Source: Chiloscyllium plagiosum (lineage: Eukaryota). Taken from it: 64,000 nt of DNA. The notes below the pieces were generated by a model. That model made no database searches. It saw only the letters and a list, made by a program, of their open reading frames with translations, and was not told where the DNA came from. The stretch spans positions 67,372,844 through 67,436,843 of the forward strand of contig NC_057720.1 in assembly GCF_004010195.1 (NCBI RefSeq), written 5' to 3'. Numbering within the stretch: the stretch's first letter is position 1; each line of letters opens with the position of its first letter. A program made the translations under genes and the position numbers. Positions 1 through 13,915 of the stretch are shown here, piece after piece.

Positions 1-484
1 CTTTGCCGGCACATTCTCCTGAGGTAGACCAACTAAACCAAAAATATTCCCAAATCCTACTACACTCCTCAAAGATGAAAATCCAGTCCTTTATCTCTCT
101 GCCAAGGTCATGTTTAGATATGAAGATGTTCTCTATGTTAGATATTGAAACACCTAAACTTCAACGGTCAAAGAATAAAGACTGTAAATAGAAGATAAAA
201 AACTGCACCATCATTATATCCAGTCACACTATGCAACATTTTCTCAGAACTTAGGCTTGTAGATATTTGTGATTTCTCTGAAGTTTGCCTTTTGTACCCT
301 GATCAGGCAAGAAAGTATCACCATTTCCACTTAAAATAAATAAACTCTGAATAAGCTCAAATAATTGCAATTCTAGTACATGCATCATAACTTTCAATTG
401 GGGTTGATCCACTGCACCACCTTGTCTCCCTTGGCACAATAAACATTGTCACTTCCAAAATCTGGGCTGAATCCACACTATATG

Positions 485-945
485 GTCATAGAGTCATACT
501 GCACAGAAGCAGACTCTTCCGTCCAACTCATCCATGCCAACTAAGTTTCCCAAGCTAAACTTGTCCCACTTATCTGCATTTAGCCCATATCCCTCTAAAC
601 CTTTCCTCTTCATGTACAGTTAAATACTGTACCTGCATCTACTACTTTTAAAATCTTTCTCCTCTCACCTTAAAAATACACCCCTTAGTTTTGAATTTCC
701 CCATTCTTGGGAAAAGATCTTTGCTATTCACCTTATCTATGTCCTTCATGATTATATAAACCTCTATAAGGTCATCCCTCAAACTCCTCTGCTCCAGTGA
801 AAAAAGTCCCAGCCTATCCTTAAACTACAGTCCTGGCAACTACAGTTCTGGCAACATCCTGGTAAATCTTTTCTGCACCCTCTCCAATTTAATAATATCC
901 TTCCTAAAGCAGGACTACCAGACTTGTACACAGTACTCCAAACTG
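485..945 (-). mobile_element. CR1 (HER1-like) LINE 3' fragment
   Basis: Begins with the reverse complement of the (tctatgac)n tail; decayed ORF2 C-terminus; homologous to 34400-35000. Confidence 0.85.
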
Positions 946-1957
946 ATGAAATCAAAGTCTGCTTCTTGTGTTGGCTCCGAGGGTCAGAGAGAGATTGTAG
1001 CAGTTTATACTAAATGCATCGATTGAAGTTAAGTAACTACAGATAGGAGGTAGTTGACTGGATTATTACTCACTGACATGTAGAGAAACACCTACTGACC
1101 AGGATGAGAGTCAAGCTAGGAGCTATATACTTGTAATTTACTCTGAATAAATCTATGAATGTAATTATTTGTTCTTGTTTCTTTCTCCACCTGGATATCC
1201 AGGAGGACATTTGCCTGTGGTATACGCCCGCTGTCCAAGAAGCTCGTTATTTAAATTTCACTCAAAAATATTGGTACATGGTAGTTTTTCTTCTAAAATG
1301 GGGTAAAACTATCTCACTGAGGCAAGATAGAGGGGGATTACTCTAAGCCAAATCTATTAATTAAAAACTAGTGGAATACAGAGCACTTTTCTGTGTCTAA
1401 GCTCAGCAATGTTAGATTTGCATGTTCAACCAGCATAGGTGTCACATTACTCTGACTGTTTCATGTCCTACCCGACCTGGGACAGGTTAGGTTTACTTTG
1501 TATGCCACTTAGAATCAGGATCTCCAAGCTGTACATCACACCATGAAACTGTGCTCCTCCTCCACCTGCATGTGTATGTGTTTCTGAATCAGAACCAGAA
1601 AAACATAATAGTACAAAATTCATTGAATTGGGGCAAGAATTGGCAGAGAACTGCAAGATTCATTGCTGATGTTGCATTGGACAGAAGAAGAAATAAATGA
1701 TTTGTATAAATCAGCTGCTATAGTCGGCAGAGATACAAGTTGGTGGAACAGAAGTGCTTTCTGACTTACAAGGGAAAATGATCTACCATACTCTTGTTTT
1801 ACTGTTTTGTAGCCACCTATATTTTTAGGGCCATTTTGTTAATTCCAATTTTCAACAACTTTAATTTTCATTAAATTCTTTTAGGTTAAGGTTTGAGATA
1901 GCAGTGACTATAAATCCTGTGATGAAGAATGATATTAGCTATCGAGAATATTATTAC

Positions 1958-2095
1958 CTTGAAGTAATTCCATCAATTCAAGCTCTGTGGATCCGATATC
2001 AAACCATTTGATCTGCAGTTCGTCAAGATTTTGGTGGGGGAAATAATCCATAAGCTTCCCTCCGGGGTAAAACCTCCTGGTTCGGTTTGTCTGCA
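1958..2095 (-). CDS. FAM151A: FAM151A coding exon 7
   Basis: LQTNRTRRFYPGGKLMDYFPHQNLDELQIKWFDIGSTELELMELLQ aligns with the linker and start of domain 2 (human LNATRKPMYYTGGSL...DGLNVEW); acceptor tgtgcacag, donor AAG/GTAATA, phase 1-1. Confidence 0.88.
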
Positions 2096-2415
2096 CTGTG
2101 CACAGTGAAAGTAGATTTAATTGTAAAATTCAGATTGACTCAGCAGGAAACTACTTAACAAGTTTAAACTCACTCTTTATTTAAATTGCAAATTTCCACC
2201 ACTTGTCCTGGTGGGGGCTCAGTCATGCAGGACTCTTAGAGAATTACACAATGTTCTACCAGTGTTGGTGGTGAGGAAGGGAGAAAGAGGGTAAAACTGA
2301 GTCCACTTCTGTTCTCAACCGACAACTAAAATTTCTGGCAGTGATCAATGAACAGTGAGCAGGAACAGGTGACCTAGCCTACAGATAAAATGGCCCAGAT
2401 TTTGCAGTAAAAAGA

Positions 2416-2605
2416 ATGGATTAGTGGTCTGTCCCCATGACTTGTCCTACCTGCCCATATTCTTTTCCACCTATCCACTCCACCCTCCTCTCTGACCTAT
2501 CACCTTCATCCCACCCCCATCCACCCATTGTGAACTGCTGTGCTTTTCCAGCATCACTAATCCAGAATCTGGTTTCCAGCATCTGCAGTCATTGTTTTTT
2601 CCCAG
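2416..2605 (+). mobile_element. Penelope-like element terminal fragment
   Basis: ctgctgtgcttttccagca...ccagcatctgcagtc motif shared with the other PLE termini in the window. Confidence 0.6.
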
Positions 2606-3752
2606 TAAAAAGAATGGCAATAATATGAGCTTTCTTTTTATTGAAGAATAAATCACCAGCAGCTTCCATAGACTGCACATGAGTGGTTGAACTTGAAATT
2701 CTGTTGCTGTTTGAGCTCTTCCTAATGTTTTGAGGAGACAGATTCAGCATTGAAATTCAGGAAAATCTTCACTGCTGCTCTGATACTCAAGCATAATGCT
2801 AACAAATACAGAGTTTCATTTTTTGATATTTTAACAGCTGATTATTGTTTTTCCAAAAGAAATGTGTTCATTTTTTTAACCTGTTCATTGTATATTTTAC
2901 CTCTTTTAATCACACTTTTCTTCCCCTTTCTGTATTTTACTTTATCTACCAGATTTCACATTGAAGTCACTATTTAACTTACAGTTGCTGGTTCAACCTC
3001 TGAATGACTCAGTAAGAATTCTACAGGTTGGCTGTTTGAAGAGTGTACAGTTGCTTGTTCTGTTCACACAGGTCCCAAATGACATGGTAGAGAACACTGC
3101 CAATTTGGCTTCCTAAGCACCACAAGATATAGCACAATAGCTCACAGCAACAATGTGGTCAGGTGTAGTTGACATGAGTGGCTGACACTGTTCATTGACC
3201 ACTAACTGCAAAGTCTGAGCCAATTAAACCAATTTGCAGCAATTTCACTCGGGGAAGTCAATGTGATGATTGTAAAGGTGACAAGGGCTTTTGGGGATGT
3301 TGTTTGCAGGTTGGGATGTGATACTGGTGCTATATAGGTGAAGGTAAATTTCCAGGCAATAGGTTGCCTGGAAAATGTATTTAGAAACGTTGGTTGGCAT
3401 TTAAATACTACACTTGACCTGGGACTGCCCAATGTATGGTTATTACTCATTAATTTAATATTTACACACAGGAGTACTCTGGCAGTAAACACAGTGAGAA
3501 AATAGTGAAGATGCAGTAGATTGAGTTCCAAAGCACTGTGCTACAGAAAAAGACCAAACTCCTGGAATTTCTTATATTCACCGGTGGAACATGGCTGGGC
3601 CAGCGTTTATTGGCCATCCCTCATTGCCCTTGAGAAGTTGATGGTGAGCTGCCTGTTTGAACCAATGGGAAATCCATGAGCAGAATCTGGGCAACCTCAC
3701 CCTGGGAGCTGATTCTTTGCAGCCTGTGCTCACAGATACATTTCATCAATCA

Positions 3753-4040
<288 letters not shown>

Positions 4041-4477
4041 TTACAAATTCAATAGGCAGTCTGCTTGAAAATATCATTAAACTCTTCAATCTACAATAAG
4101 AAATATTGCCAATTTTCTTCCCTCATCTCCTGGTGATACTTACTCGTACAAAGGTTACAGTTCCTAGGCCATCAGTTATTTGCTCTAACCCTGCACAAGT
4201 GCCATTTCACATGAACGGCCTGAGGACTGAGAGCTTCATGAACTGTATGCATGCCAATCACATGGATATGCAATTGTCCAGTTGCATTTTCTACATTATA
4301 CTTCTAGTTCTAATCTCAAATGTATATTTGGCCTTGCTGATCTGGGATAGGGGTTTATTCTCATGGGTACATAGATGGTGGCGGGGAGGTGGGGATGAGT
4401 AAGCAACTTCAGTGCATTTATAGTCCTCTCAAGCTTGATAGTGACTCCAGAAGATTACAGCACCTTCCGAGTTTGAG

Positions 4478-4790
4478 GATGTGCTGCACTGTCAAACCAA
4501 AGCCCATCTGCTCCCACAGGGGAACGTAAAAGATTCATTTAAAGATCACTGTACGGAAGAAGAGTTTCTCTCAGCCAATGTCTATCCTTCAGTCAACATC
4601 ACAAAAACAGACTTTCAGGTCATTGTTACATTGCTGTTTATGGGAGTGTGTTGCACGCAAATTAGTTAGTGTTTCATACATTACATCATTGACCACTTTA
4701 GGAAAACTACACCCTTCAATGTAAAACGCTTTGAGACATTCAGTAGTTGTGAAAGGCATTATATAGTTGCAAGTCTTTATTTTTCTTTTC
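4478..4790 (+). mobile_element. DeuSINE (SacSINE1-like), decayed
   Basis: Deu-domain-like gtgctgcactgtc..gtaaaagat..gccaat.tttatcc..cacattgctgttt.tgggag with tail gtgaaaggc..tata...gcaagtcttt. Related copies at about 18640-18830, 26700-26920, 28340-28580 (-) and 58090-58700 (-). Confidence 0.7.
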
Positions 4791-6843
4791 AGTAACTACA
4801 GTGATATATCCTTCCCAGATTAGAAAACACACGTGTGGATATTTACCTCTTCTTCGACAGTAGATTGACTCTGGTAGATAAATACCTCTCCTTTTCAAAG
4901 TAGGATATGAATAGTGGATACATACCCCTTCCTTGCCTGGGTGGTTTTGATAGTTTATAAAACACGTACACCACTTACCATTGAACTACATGGTGTGGGA
5001 TTAAAGGGTCTTGGGATAAATGCCCTACAGCCACTAGTGACTGCAATTGGTCTGGTTGCTCCACTGTGAGGGATGGAAGTGAATAAAGTCTGCCCAGGCT
5101 TCCCTTTCCTGATCATTCTCTTGAGTATCCGATTGTAATGTCTGTCCTGTTGACCAGGCAGTTGCATTCAACTTGTCTGCAATACTAAGCTGGGCTAAAT
5201 AACTGACAGATTAGGAACAGATGATAGGAAAAAATGCTGAAGGGTATCTGGAACCATAATGCAGCAAGAATTCAGTCAGCCAAACAGGAGGTCAAAACGA
5301 CATAAAAACACAGGCTAAAAAGCTCTCTACTGGATGCTGCAAGTCAATCTTGAGAGTGACAGTTATTGGACCATGCTACCACTTTACCTCTGGAATCTAA
5401 AGTAAGTTTGGCCCAGAGTAATGGTGATCTCTCTCTCTCTCACATATCTGTAAGGCTCTTCCGTAAAACAAATCTGGTCAACTTCTCACTCAGAGAGGGT
5501 AAAGATCAAACACTTCCATCACTGCCAATACGAACTACTCTTTTGATTTTTGCATGTAGCCCATACATGATCCAGAGCATCTAACATCCATATAACAAAC
5601 ACATTCAAAACTCAGGTCCTGGGATCATTGTCGCCCTGTTACCCTTGGGTTCCACTGGTTTCTGAAGAAAGTTCAGAGGTCATTCTTCAATGTCCTGCAG
5701 ATTACCACCTTATAATCTATTTCCAATATTCAGTTTTTTTAAACATAAAAACAAATTGTTAATAATTCCAGTTAACCAATGTAAATAGCGTAACTAGATG
5801 GGAACTTTATAAAATAAAATAACTGAGATTATTTGAACGAAACAATGTTGAACTAAAGTTTGTTCAGAGAGGAAGGAAACATTTTTATCAGCAACAAACT
5901 AATAGCATTCTTTGTGACTTTTATCTTCTTCTGAATGCAATTGTATTTAAAGTTTCAAAATAAATTATGCTGTATTTTGTTTATCTAAGGCAAACTAAAC
6001 AATAAACGATCCATTCAGTCTTGTTTCAGAACTGTGCATTCATGAGATAGGGAGCCTGTGATTAACACTGCAATGAGTAACAATGCTAATCATATTTAAT
6101 TACAAAGTAAACATATACGCCCGGGAACTCTCACATGTGTCTCATCATCATGCCATTACCAGCTGCCAAGATAGCAGACGACAGAACTAAACTTAACCTC
6201 ACCCTTCATGTCTTACTTAGCTTTGTCACCACCTCATCATTTGCTAATCTATACATCACATCAATTGGAAATATGCCTGTAATTTAGAGAGGACTGTGGA
6301 CAAGGATGGTATGCAGCCCAGCACATCAGACGTGCCACTTGGAGGAAGAGATAACCCAGGGCACATTTCTTATACAATATCGACCAACCACATACAGTAG
6401 GAAAGGGCTGGGAGCTAGTTATTTTCCTGACCTTGCCCAGCAGAAGAGATATTTGAGACCTTCTTCTGATAATGCAGATTGGTTTGACTTTGAGTTATTT
6501 TTGATCATATCTAAATCTCTTTTGATATTGGCTCCATTTTAATTTGGAAAGCATCCTCCCTTAGCTGCATCCTGATGTTTATACTGCTAAATCTGACTGT
6601 CTGACTTCAAAAACTTATCCATTCCCTCCCCACCCCAATACACTTAGAAAATGATGATTAAAACTTATTTTTCAAGGATCTTTAAGTTTTTACACTGGGA
6701 TAACTGAATTTATTTTAACAGTATCAGCATAAAAAAGGTGATCTGAGACACAGACATGGGCACAAATTGGAATGAATCAGCATCAATAAATCCAGCAAAA
6801 ATAAACATAATAGCTTTATTAGTTGATATTCCTTTGCAGTTAC

Positions 6844-7068
6844 CTTGGTGACTGACTGAGTAGCCAACTGAAATGTGGCCAAGCTCGCTTCAACAACACA
6901 GCTCGGACAGGGAATGTGACACGTTGTGGTAAACCCTTTACCAAATTGTACATTTCCTCTACCATCTTTCGAGTGTAGGGTTTAGTTGCAATCACCGGTA
7001 AGTACAGAGACATCCAGCTTGGGGAGAGGATGACATTTGGGAACTTTTTCTGAATAAGACTCAGGAAC
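6844..7068 (-). CDS. FAM151A: FAM151A coding exon 5
   Basis: FLSLIQKKFPNVILSPSWMSLYLPVIATKPYTRKMVEEMYNLVKGLPQRVTFPVRAVLLKRAWPHFSWLLSQSP; acceptor tttcctgcag, donor AAG/GTAACT. Confidence 0.95.
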
Positions 7069-7889
7069 CTGCAGGAAACATTTCATGAATCAGAACATAA
7101 CCAGACATCATTTAGCAAGAACTCAATATTAAATATCAGTTTAATATATAGTCGTTCTCACAGTGAGCTCCTGCTTCTCTGCAAGTCCTCCATATTAGTT
7201 ATGGAGCTCCAAAATACTAGTAAACCAACAGTCAGTCTTTGGATGTTTCTTGAATTCAATCTTGAGCTACAAAAATTACTCATAAGACTAATACCTACTG
7301 CTCAACCTGAGTATCTCTTGAAGGTGGTGAGCCTTCTATATCAATTCTTTCAGTTCATGTGGTCCAAGTGCTCCCACACTGTGCTGTCAGGAGTTTAATC
7401 CAGAGGTTATAAAGAAATGTTAATATTGATCAATTTTTTTAACCCCAAATACTGACGAGTTTGTAGAACACTGTTCTGTTTAAACCCATCCCCAGACAAG
7501 TGGAGACTATTCAATCACATGACAGGCATATACCTTACTGACTTTGGCACATTTGGGAGAATCAGAAGGTGAGCCACTTGCTGGAATTTGTTAGACTTCT
7601 TGTGTAGGTACAAATCGGAGGACCGAAGAGGTGAAGATCTAATTCCTTTGATTAGATTAGACTGAAGATCTAATTCCTTTGTCAGCAAACAGCAGGCAAA
7701 ATATTACGTAGTTTCATTAATATTGATACGTAGCAATATCTCTTTTGGAGGTGTCACTAGGAGCAGGATTAGGATCATCAGAGATTATAGTTCAAAAGGA
7801 GGAGCGATATGAAACATGAAAATACTGTTTAAAACACACGTAGCTCCTAATCAGTGATCCAAGCTATTACTCAGCCACAAGGTCGATGC

Positions 7890-7975
7890 AAGATGAGAGT
7901 GGTGCTGGAAAAGCACAGCAGGTCAGGCAGCAACCGAGGAGCAGGAAAATCGGCGTTTCAGGAAAAAGCCCTGCT
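7890..7975 (-). mobile_element. Penelope-like terminal-repeat fragment
   Basis: gtggtgctggaaaagcacagcaggtcaggcagc...gtttcaggaaaaagccc; hammerhead core truncated. Confidence 0.7.
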
Positions 7976-8022
7976 TCTACACCTAAAAACGTTATTTTCC
8001 CAGTTTATTGTAGGTTAAATGC

Positions 8023-8970
8023 AGTCTGTGATTCATACTCAAAGACACCTATTATTGTTGAATTATTTAGTTCAGTAAAGTGACAAAATCCTTGGATCAA
8101 AATCCATTCATTGATTATGATCCAAACGTGGGCGGCACGGTGGCACAGTGGTTAGCACTGCTGCCTCACAGCGCCAGAGACCCGGGTTCAGTTCCCGCCT
8201 CAGGCGACTGACTGTGTGGAGTTTGCACATTCTCCCCGTGTCTGCGTGGGTTTCCTCCGGGTGCTCCGGTTTCCTCCCACAGTTCCAAAGATGTGCAGGT
8301 CAGGTGAATTGGCCATGCTAAATTGTCCGTAGTGTTAGGTAAGGGGTAAATGTAGGGGTATGGGTGGTTTGCGCTTCGGCGGGTCGGTGTGGACTTGTTG
8401 GGCCGAAGGGCCTGTTTCCACACTGTAAAGTAATCTAATCTTTATTAACTGTCTGATTATCCTTCATCCTAGGATTAATTATTCTATGTGGATATCTTCC
8501 AAACCCTTTCAATCATCTCCAGTCTGTAATTTCTATTCTAAGACCCAGATTGTTTTCTTTAAATCAGAAAGCTATAAATATATTGGACAGGGATTAGCAT
8601 TCTGTAGATCAGGGCGGCACGGTGGCACAGTGGTTAGCACTGCTGCTTCACAGCGCCAGAGACACGGGTTCAGTTCCCGCCTCAGGCGACTGAGTCTGTG
8701 ATTCATACTCAAAGACACCTATTATTGTTGAATTATTTAGTTCAGTAAAGTGACAAAATCCTTGGATCAAAATCCATTCATTGATTATGATCCAAACATC
8801 TTTATTAACTGTCTGATTATCCTTCATCCTAGGATTAATTATTCTATGTGGATATCTTCCAAACCCTTTCAATCATCTCCAGTCTGTAATTTCTATTCTA
8901 AGACCCAAATTGTTTTCTTTAAATCAGAAAGCTATAAAGATATCGGACAGGGATTAGCATTCTGTAGAAT
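8023..8970 (+). repeat. About 276-bp tandem duplication: SINE-filled copy followed by an empty copy
   Basis: 8023-8127 plus 8438-8608 match 8693-8968 with about 3 substitutions; an 80-bp SINE head (8612-8692) separates the copies. Confidence 0.92.
8130..8441 (+). mobile_element. HE1-type V-SINE, full length
   Basis: tRNA-like head (tggcacagtgg A box, gggttcagttcc B box), V-domain gtttgcacattctccccgtgtctgcgtgggtttcctccgggtgctccggtttcctcccac, CR1-like tail and (taatc)n end. Confidence 0.93.
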
Positions 8971-9689
8971 CACTAGGACAAATGTATGCTTGTCCTACTT
9001 TGTGTATATTTGAAGTATAAAATTGAGTCACTATCAATTCTAATGGAACAGTAAAGACCTGCCTGATTTTGTTGGGGTTGAGATGTGCATTTTATTGTGC
9101 GACTTCAGGGTTGTAAGTTTCTGCCACAAGTCTTCATGTGACTGAGCAGGTTTAATGAGGGAGAGAATCTGGAGTTCAGAATTCATCCCTTCTCTTCCAC
9201 TATCCTGCCTCCTCATTCAGACGTTTTGAAGTTGAAACATAATGCAATTTGCTGGACATGTTGTCACCATTTTGAGTGACTGGTAGTAAGCCCCTTACTG
9301 TCATTAAAGGTAATGCTGCCATGCTCCAAGGAAAGTTCCCAGTGTCTCTGGGTGAGATTGGCCATTTGAGAGTTGAGAAAACAGGACTCTGTGGGGAAAA
9401 CACTTTACAACAATCTTGTCATGGTGTCCATCAAGGTTGATTTTACACGTGTTTTATAAAAACCTTTGACGATTAGCTTCAAGAAGGACCCTTGTATTTC
9501 TTTAATGGTCCACCCATTGTGTATGGAGGATGTGCCAGAGGCATTGCTTCTGGAACTTCCTTAGTGTTCCTGGTGCTACTGATACATAGCCCAGATCTCA
9601 TGGCAGTACAGGAGTGTGGCAAACAACAACTACTTTATCTATCGTGACATCTGAGAGAGGTGGCTGCCCAGGTAAAACCAAAAAAAAGA

Positions 9690-10730
9690 GCAGAATTAGG
9701 CCATTTGGCTGCTCCATTATACTTTGCCCCCATCACCATTGGCTGTTATCTTGTTTAGCAGCCTCCTGTGCAGCGCCTTATCAAAGGCCTTCTTGAAATC
9801 CAAATAGATCAGGTCCATTGGCTCTCCTTTGTCTAACTTGCTGATTATCTCTCAAAGAATTCTAACAGATTTGTCAGGTATGACCTCCTCTTGACGAAGC
9901 CATGCTGATTCAGCCTATTTTAACCTGATGCATTTCCAAGTACTCTGAAATCTCATCCTTAATAATGGACTCTAAAATCTTATGAACAATCAAGGTCAGG
10001 CTAATTGACTCATAATTTCCTGTCTTCTGCCTCACTCTCTCTCTTCTTAAACAGGAATGTTACAGTGTCATGTACCAGCCCTCTGCGAACCCCCTTGACT
10101 CCAGTGATTCCTGAAATGTCACCACCAGTGCCTCCACTATCTCCTTTGGAATCTGAGGGTGTAGGGGAAAGTGAGGACTGCAGACGCTGGAGATCAGAGC
10201 TGAAAATGTGTTGCTGAAAAAGCGCAGCAGGTCAGGCAGCATCCAAGGAGCAGGAGAATCGACATTTCGGGCATGAGCCCTTCTTCAGGAATCTTGGGGT
10301 GTAGTCAATCTTGGGGTGCAATCCATCTGGTACAGCTGATTTATCCACCTTCAGACCTTTCAGCTGCCCCAGCACTGCCTCCTTAGTGATGGTCTGCCCC
10401 TCTCTCCTCTGCCCCATCACTCTCTTGAAGTTCTGGTCTGCTGCTGGTGTCTTCCACCATGATGACTGATGCAAAGTACTGATTCAGTTCAGTCCAAGGT
10501 CCACTCTTGCCCCTCTCTTACCTTTTAGATATCTAAAAAAAAACTCTTGCAATCTTCTTTGGTATTACTAGCTAGCTTCCTCTCATATCTCATTTTCTCC
10601 CCACATATTTCTTTTTTAGTTGTATTTCTGCTGATTTTTAAATACTTTCCAATCCTCTAGCTTCCCACTAATCTTCATCACATTGTATGCTTTTGCTTTT
10701 ATGCTGTCCCCGACTTACCTCGTTAGCTAT
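9690..10730 (-). mobile_element. CR1 LINE fragment, interrupted by a PLE insertion
   Basis: Minus-strand KEAVLGQLKGLKVDKSAVPDGLHPK and further RT remnants. Confidence 0.8.
10165..10292 (-). mobile_element. Penelope-like terminal fragment with hammerhead core
   Basis: Minus strand CTGAAGA-A-GGGC-TCAT-GCCC-GAAATGTC; imperfect flanking duplication gaatct..gggtgtag. Confidence 0.8.
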
Positions 10731-10814
10731 GTCCTTTCATAGTGAAACGCTCATCATATTCCAGCATCTCTCCTCCGCCATGTACGCAAGGTGGAATATT
10801 TAGTTGACCAGATC

Positions 10815-11110
10815 TTAGATTACTTACAGTGTGGAAACAGACCCTTCAGCCCAACAAGTCTACACCGACCTGCCGAAGCGCAACCCACCCATACCCCTAC
10901 ACCTAACACTATGGGCAATTTAGCATGGCCAATTCACCTGACCTGCACATCTTTGGACTGTGGGAGGAAACCGGAGCACCCGGAGGAAACCCACGCAGAC
11001 AAGGGGAGAATGTGCAAACTCCACACAGTCAGTTGCCTGAGGCGGGAATTGAACCCGGGTCTCTGGCACTGTGAGGCAGCAGTGCTGACCACTGTGCCAC
11101 CGTGCCGCCC
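10815..11110 (-). mobile_element. HE1-type V-SINE, full length
   Basis: Reverse complement of 8130-8441. Confidence 0.93.
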
Positions 11111-11299
11111 ACAAAGATCTGGGTTGGTGTGGGTTTTATTTTGGCAACATTTAAGGACAGGCAGAACCTCTTGTAAAATTGTATATTTGAGAGGAAAACA
11201 AATTTCTCCTCAACTTCAGGGATCTAAAAATTGTAACTACCTTCAAGAAAGGCTATCAATCATGCTGTGGAAATGATCAAGCTATTTCCTCTGTGCACA

Positions 11300-11710
11300 A
11301 CAGGGACCATCCCCCAATTAGCTTAATGTCTGTTGTTAAGGAAATCCTTCTAGAGACACAGTGTGGCTTTAGACTTTTCAAATAAACCTCTCATATGATC
11401 TTTCTTATCAGATAAATCCAAGAAAAACATCAAGAACCACACCCACAAATATTCATTGACATGGCCAAATCATTTTATAGATAAAATCACAATACTCTGG
11501 GGATTATGCTCCAAAGATTTGGATGTCCAAGCAGCTTAATCACAACCTGCAACAGTTTCATGATTATATGAGCGCAACTGTCATGAGACAGAGATCTGAA
11601 ACAGACCTTCAAAATCCAGCCCTTGTCAAGCAAAGCTCTGGGATTGCCCCAATATTATGGACAATCTGCCTGAAAGTGGCTATTCACCTCATCAAAAATC
11701 AATGGCCCTG
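11300..11710 (+). mobile_element. RTE-clade LINE reverse-transcriptase fossil
   Basis: Broken ETQCGFR..DMIF..QEK..FID..K.F..FGCP..QFHD.M.ATV..VKQ..IAP motifs. Confidence 0.65.
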
Positions 11711-12762
11711 CAAGCTACGTCATGAGCATCCTTTTACACATTACGTGTGCTGGCTCACCATGTGATAATCCAAACCAAAACTTGCCATCATGGCAAGAGC
11801 TGTGGCATCTCCTGAGCTGGTGGCTGTGGGCATCAGATCAAAAGATGGTGCCTCTATATCAGTGCAATGACTCTCTCTATGTTTCTCCTGGGGCTGCTGT
11901 GGCTAGGCAGCCAGACGTTGTGTGTCTGAAAACAGAAGGTGGTGGTGTGAGACAGGACTGCAGTTGTGCTTACATTATGTAATTGTTATTCAGCAACTGA
12001 AAGATCTGATGAGAAAAGATTTCAGAAATTTCAGCACAAATTATTTTTCTTTCAATGTTACTTTAACAAGACAGAGAGAGTAGCCAGAAATAGTTCAATG
12101 TCTGCCAAGCGGAAAGTTAAAGCTAAAGGATTGCCCTTAAATTATTTAAGTGATGCACTGGGTCTTGGAAGAACATGTTCAGAGCAGTGCAAGGAGGAAC
12201 TTCATCAGGAGGGATAAAGAGAGGGAATTAAAAATAATCTTTTTTTTCTCAAGAGATGTGATGATTCATGCTGGGCTATAGATCCATGTCACACTTTCTA
12301 TGCTCCACCAGTACTGACAGTAAGTATTTACAGAAAACGTGACCATTCAGTTTTAATGCTGAACCCATTATAGTACATACAAGATGTCAGTTCATTGTTC
12401 ATTATGTGCCGTACAGGCAGGATATACCCACAAATGGAAATCCAGTCAATTCTAGCCTGGTGCTCCCTGGCACGCAGAGTCTGTTAATAGCACTCTCACA
12501 ATATGAGTTCACAACACAGACATGATACTAGCAAGCAACAATCAGAAGAGTGTCAAATGTCAAAACATGCAACTCCAATTTGTCACATCTACAAGTGGAA
12601 AGATTTACATGCAAAAAAGAAAATTCAGTTGGTTCCTGTGTGGTTTCTCAGCAAGGTACAGTATTCCAACAGGATATAACAGAGAAAAGACCCATGTTGG
12701 ATGTGAAATTAAAATTATTGTGCTCGTATTTTGATAATTTTCAGCACTGGGATTAACATTAC

Positions 12763-12925
12763 CTGGACGCATTGACAGGTTGCATAAATCCTGGGACATT
12801 TGGGCCAATCAGAATGTCAGCATTTAGCCAGACTGGCCGGTTGAAATGAATTTCATTATATTTCTTTACCAGGATATCCAGGGAAGGGTTCACCACATCG
12901 ATGCTTTTAAAATCCAGCTTGATAC
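12763..12925 (-). CDS. FAM151A: FAM151A coding exon 4
   Basis: [54 protein letters not shown]; acceptor tttttctcccag, donor CAG/GTAATG. Confidence 0.95.
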
Positions 12926-12964
12926 CTGGGAGAAAAATACATTTGTTTTACATTTTCAGACCCT

Positions 12965-13440
12965 ATGATAATACCATGAAACCCTGTCCTGCCCCCATGG
13001 TGTCTATCTCTAGAGCACCTCACATATTCAATATTCTGGTGGGTCTGATCTGTAATGCACCATAAGAGGGTCCATGCACAGCCACCACTACAAGCCAGTG
13101 TCTGAAAACCATTGTTACAATCTTCACTTCAGAACAAAGATTTTCCCCGATGTTGTGAGAGGTTCATATAGATTAGCTGTGTGCCCTGCACTGCTGTGCT
13201 AGACTACATGGAAGAGTAGCATTCATTCCAACTACATCTAGAAAATATACTGTTCACACTGTGAATGGTGAATGAATGGTGGTCATTAGATTTCCCACTG
13301 TTGCAATTACAATCCAGCCACGAACAGTCATTAGAACCATCAGTGGAGACACTACGAGCACAACAGGCCTTTGGAAAGAGATCTTCTGAGGATCCCCTTG
13401 CTCCCTGAGCTGCAATAGCACCTCCTCTCATTAGGTAGCA
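12965..13440 (+). mobile_element. Possible old Harbinger transposase fossil
   Basis: Broken PHGVYL*STSHIQ..SDL*C and RGSYRLA..LDY segments resemble PRHRVFR.R.SYL and F..AGFP...IDC of 48503-49630; many stops. Confidence 0.3.
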
Positions 13441-13650
13441 GTACTGTTGAAGTCAGGGCAGCTGTCAGTATTCACCATACAATATAAAAGAGATACACAA
13501 CACATGGTAAAGAGTCATGGAATAGATGCAAATTGTAACCAAGTAAGTATGTGGAATTGACTAATAAAGAAAGATTTAGTGATGCTTTCCTCGTATCTCA
13601 AAGACTGCAGAGTGGAAATATTGAGTTGGGAGGCACACTTATGGAGCAGT

Positions 13651-13915
13651 GTAGAGTTTGCATATTCTCCCTGTGTCTGCGTGTGTTTCTTCTAGGTGCT
13701 CTGGTTTTCTCCCTCAATCCAAAGACCTGCCGGTTTGGTGGATTGGCCATGCTAAATTGCCCGTCCTGTTCAGGGATGTGCAAATTAGTTGCATTAGTCA
13801 GGGGCAAATGGAGAGTATTAGGGTAGTGGAATGGGTCTGGATGGGTTACTCTTCGGGAGGTCAGTGTGGACTTGTTGGGCCAAATGACCTGTTTCCATAC
13901 TGTAGGGATTCTATG
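13651..13915 (+). mobile_element. HE1-type SINE, 5'-truncated
   Basis: V-domain and tail present, head missing. Confidence 0.88.

Noticed and set aside
996-1200. Possible short LTR after a purine tract (TGTAGC.., TATA, AATAAA)
   Set aside because: No clear CA end or TSD, so too weak to call.
1-1957. Search for the final FAM151A exon (second menorin domain)
   Set aside because: No open phase-1 exon with matching motifs found; a YSLTVE-like stretch near 150-180 hits a stop. The exon is presumably left of the window.
8130-8210. tRNA-like sequence with A and B boxes
   Set aside because: It is the head of an HE1 SINE, not a tRNA gene; the same applies to other copies.
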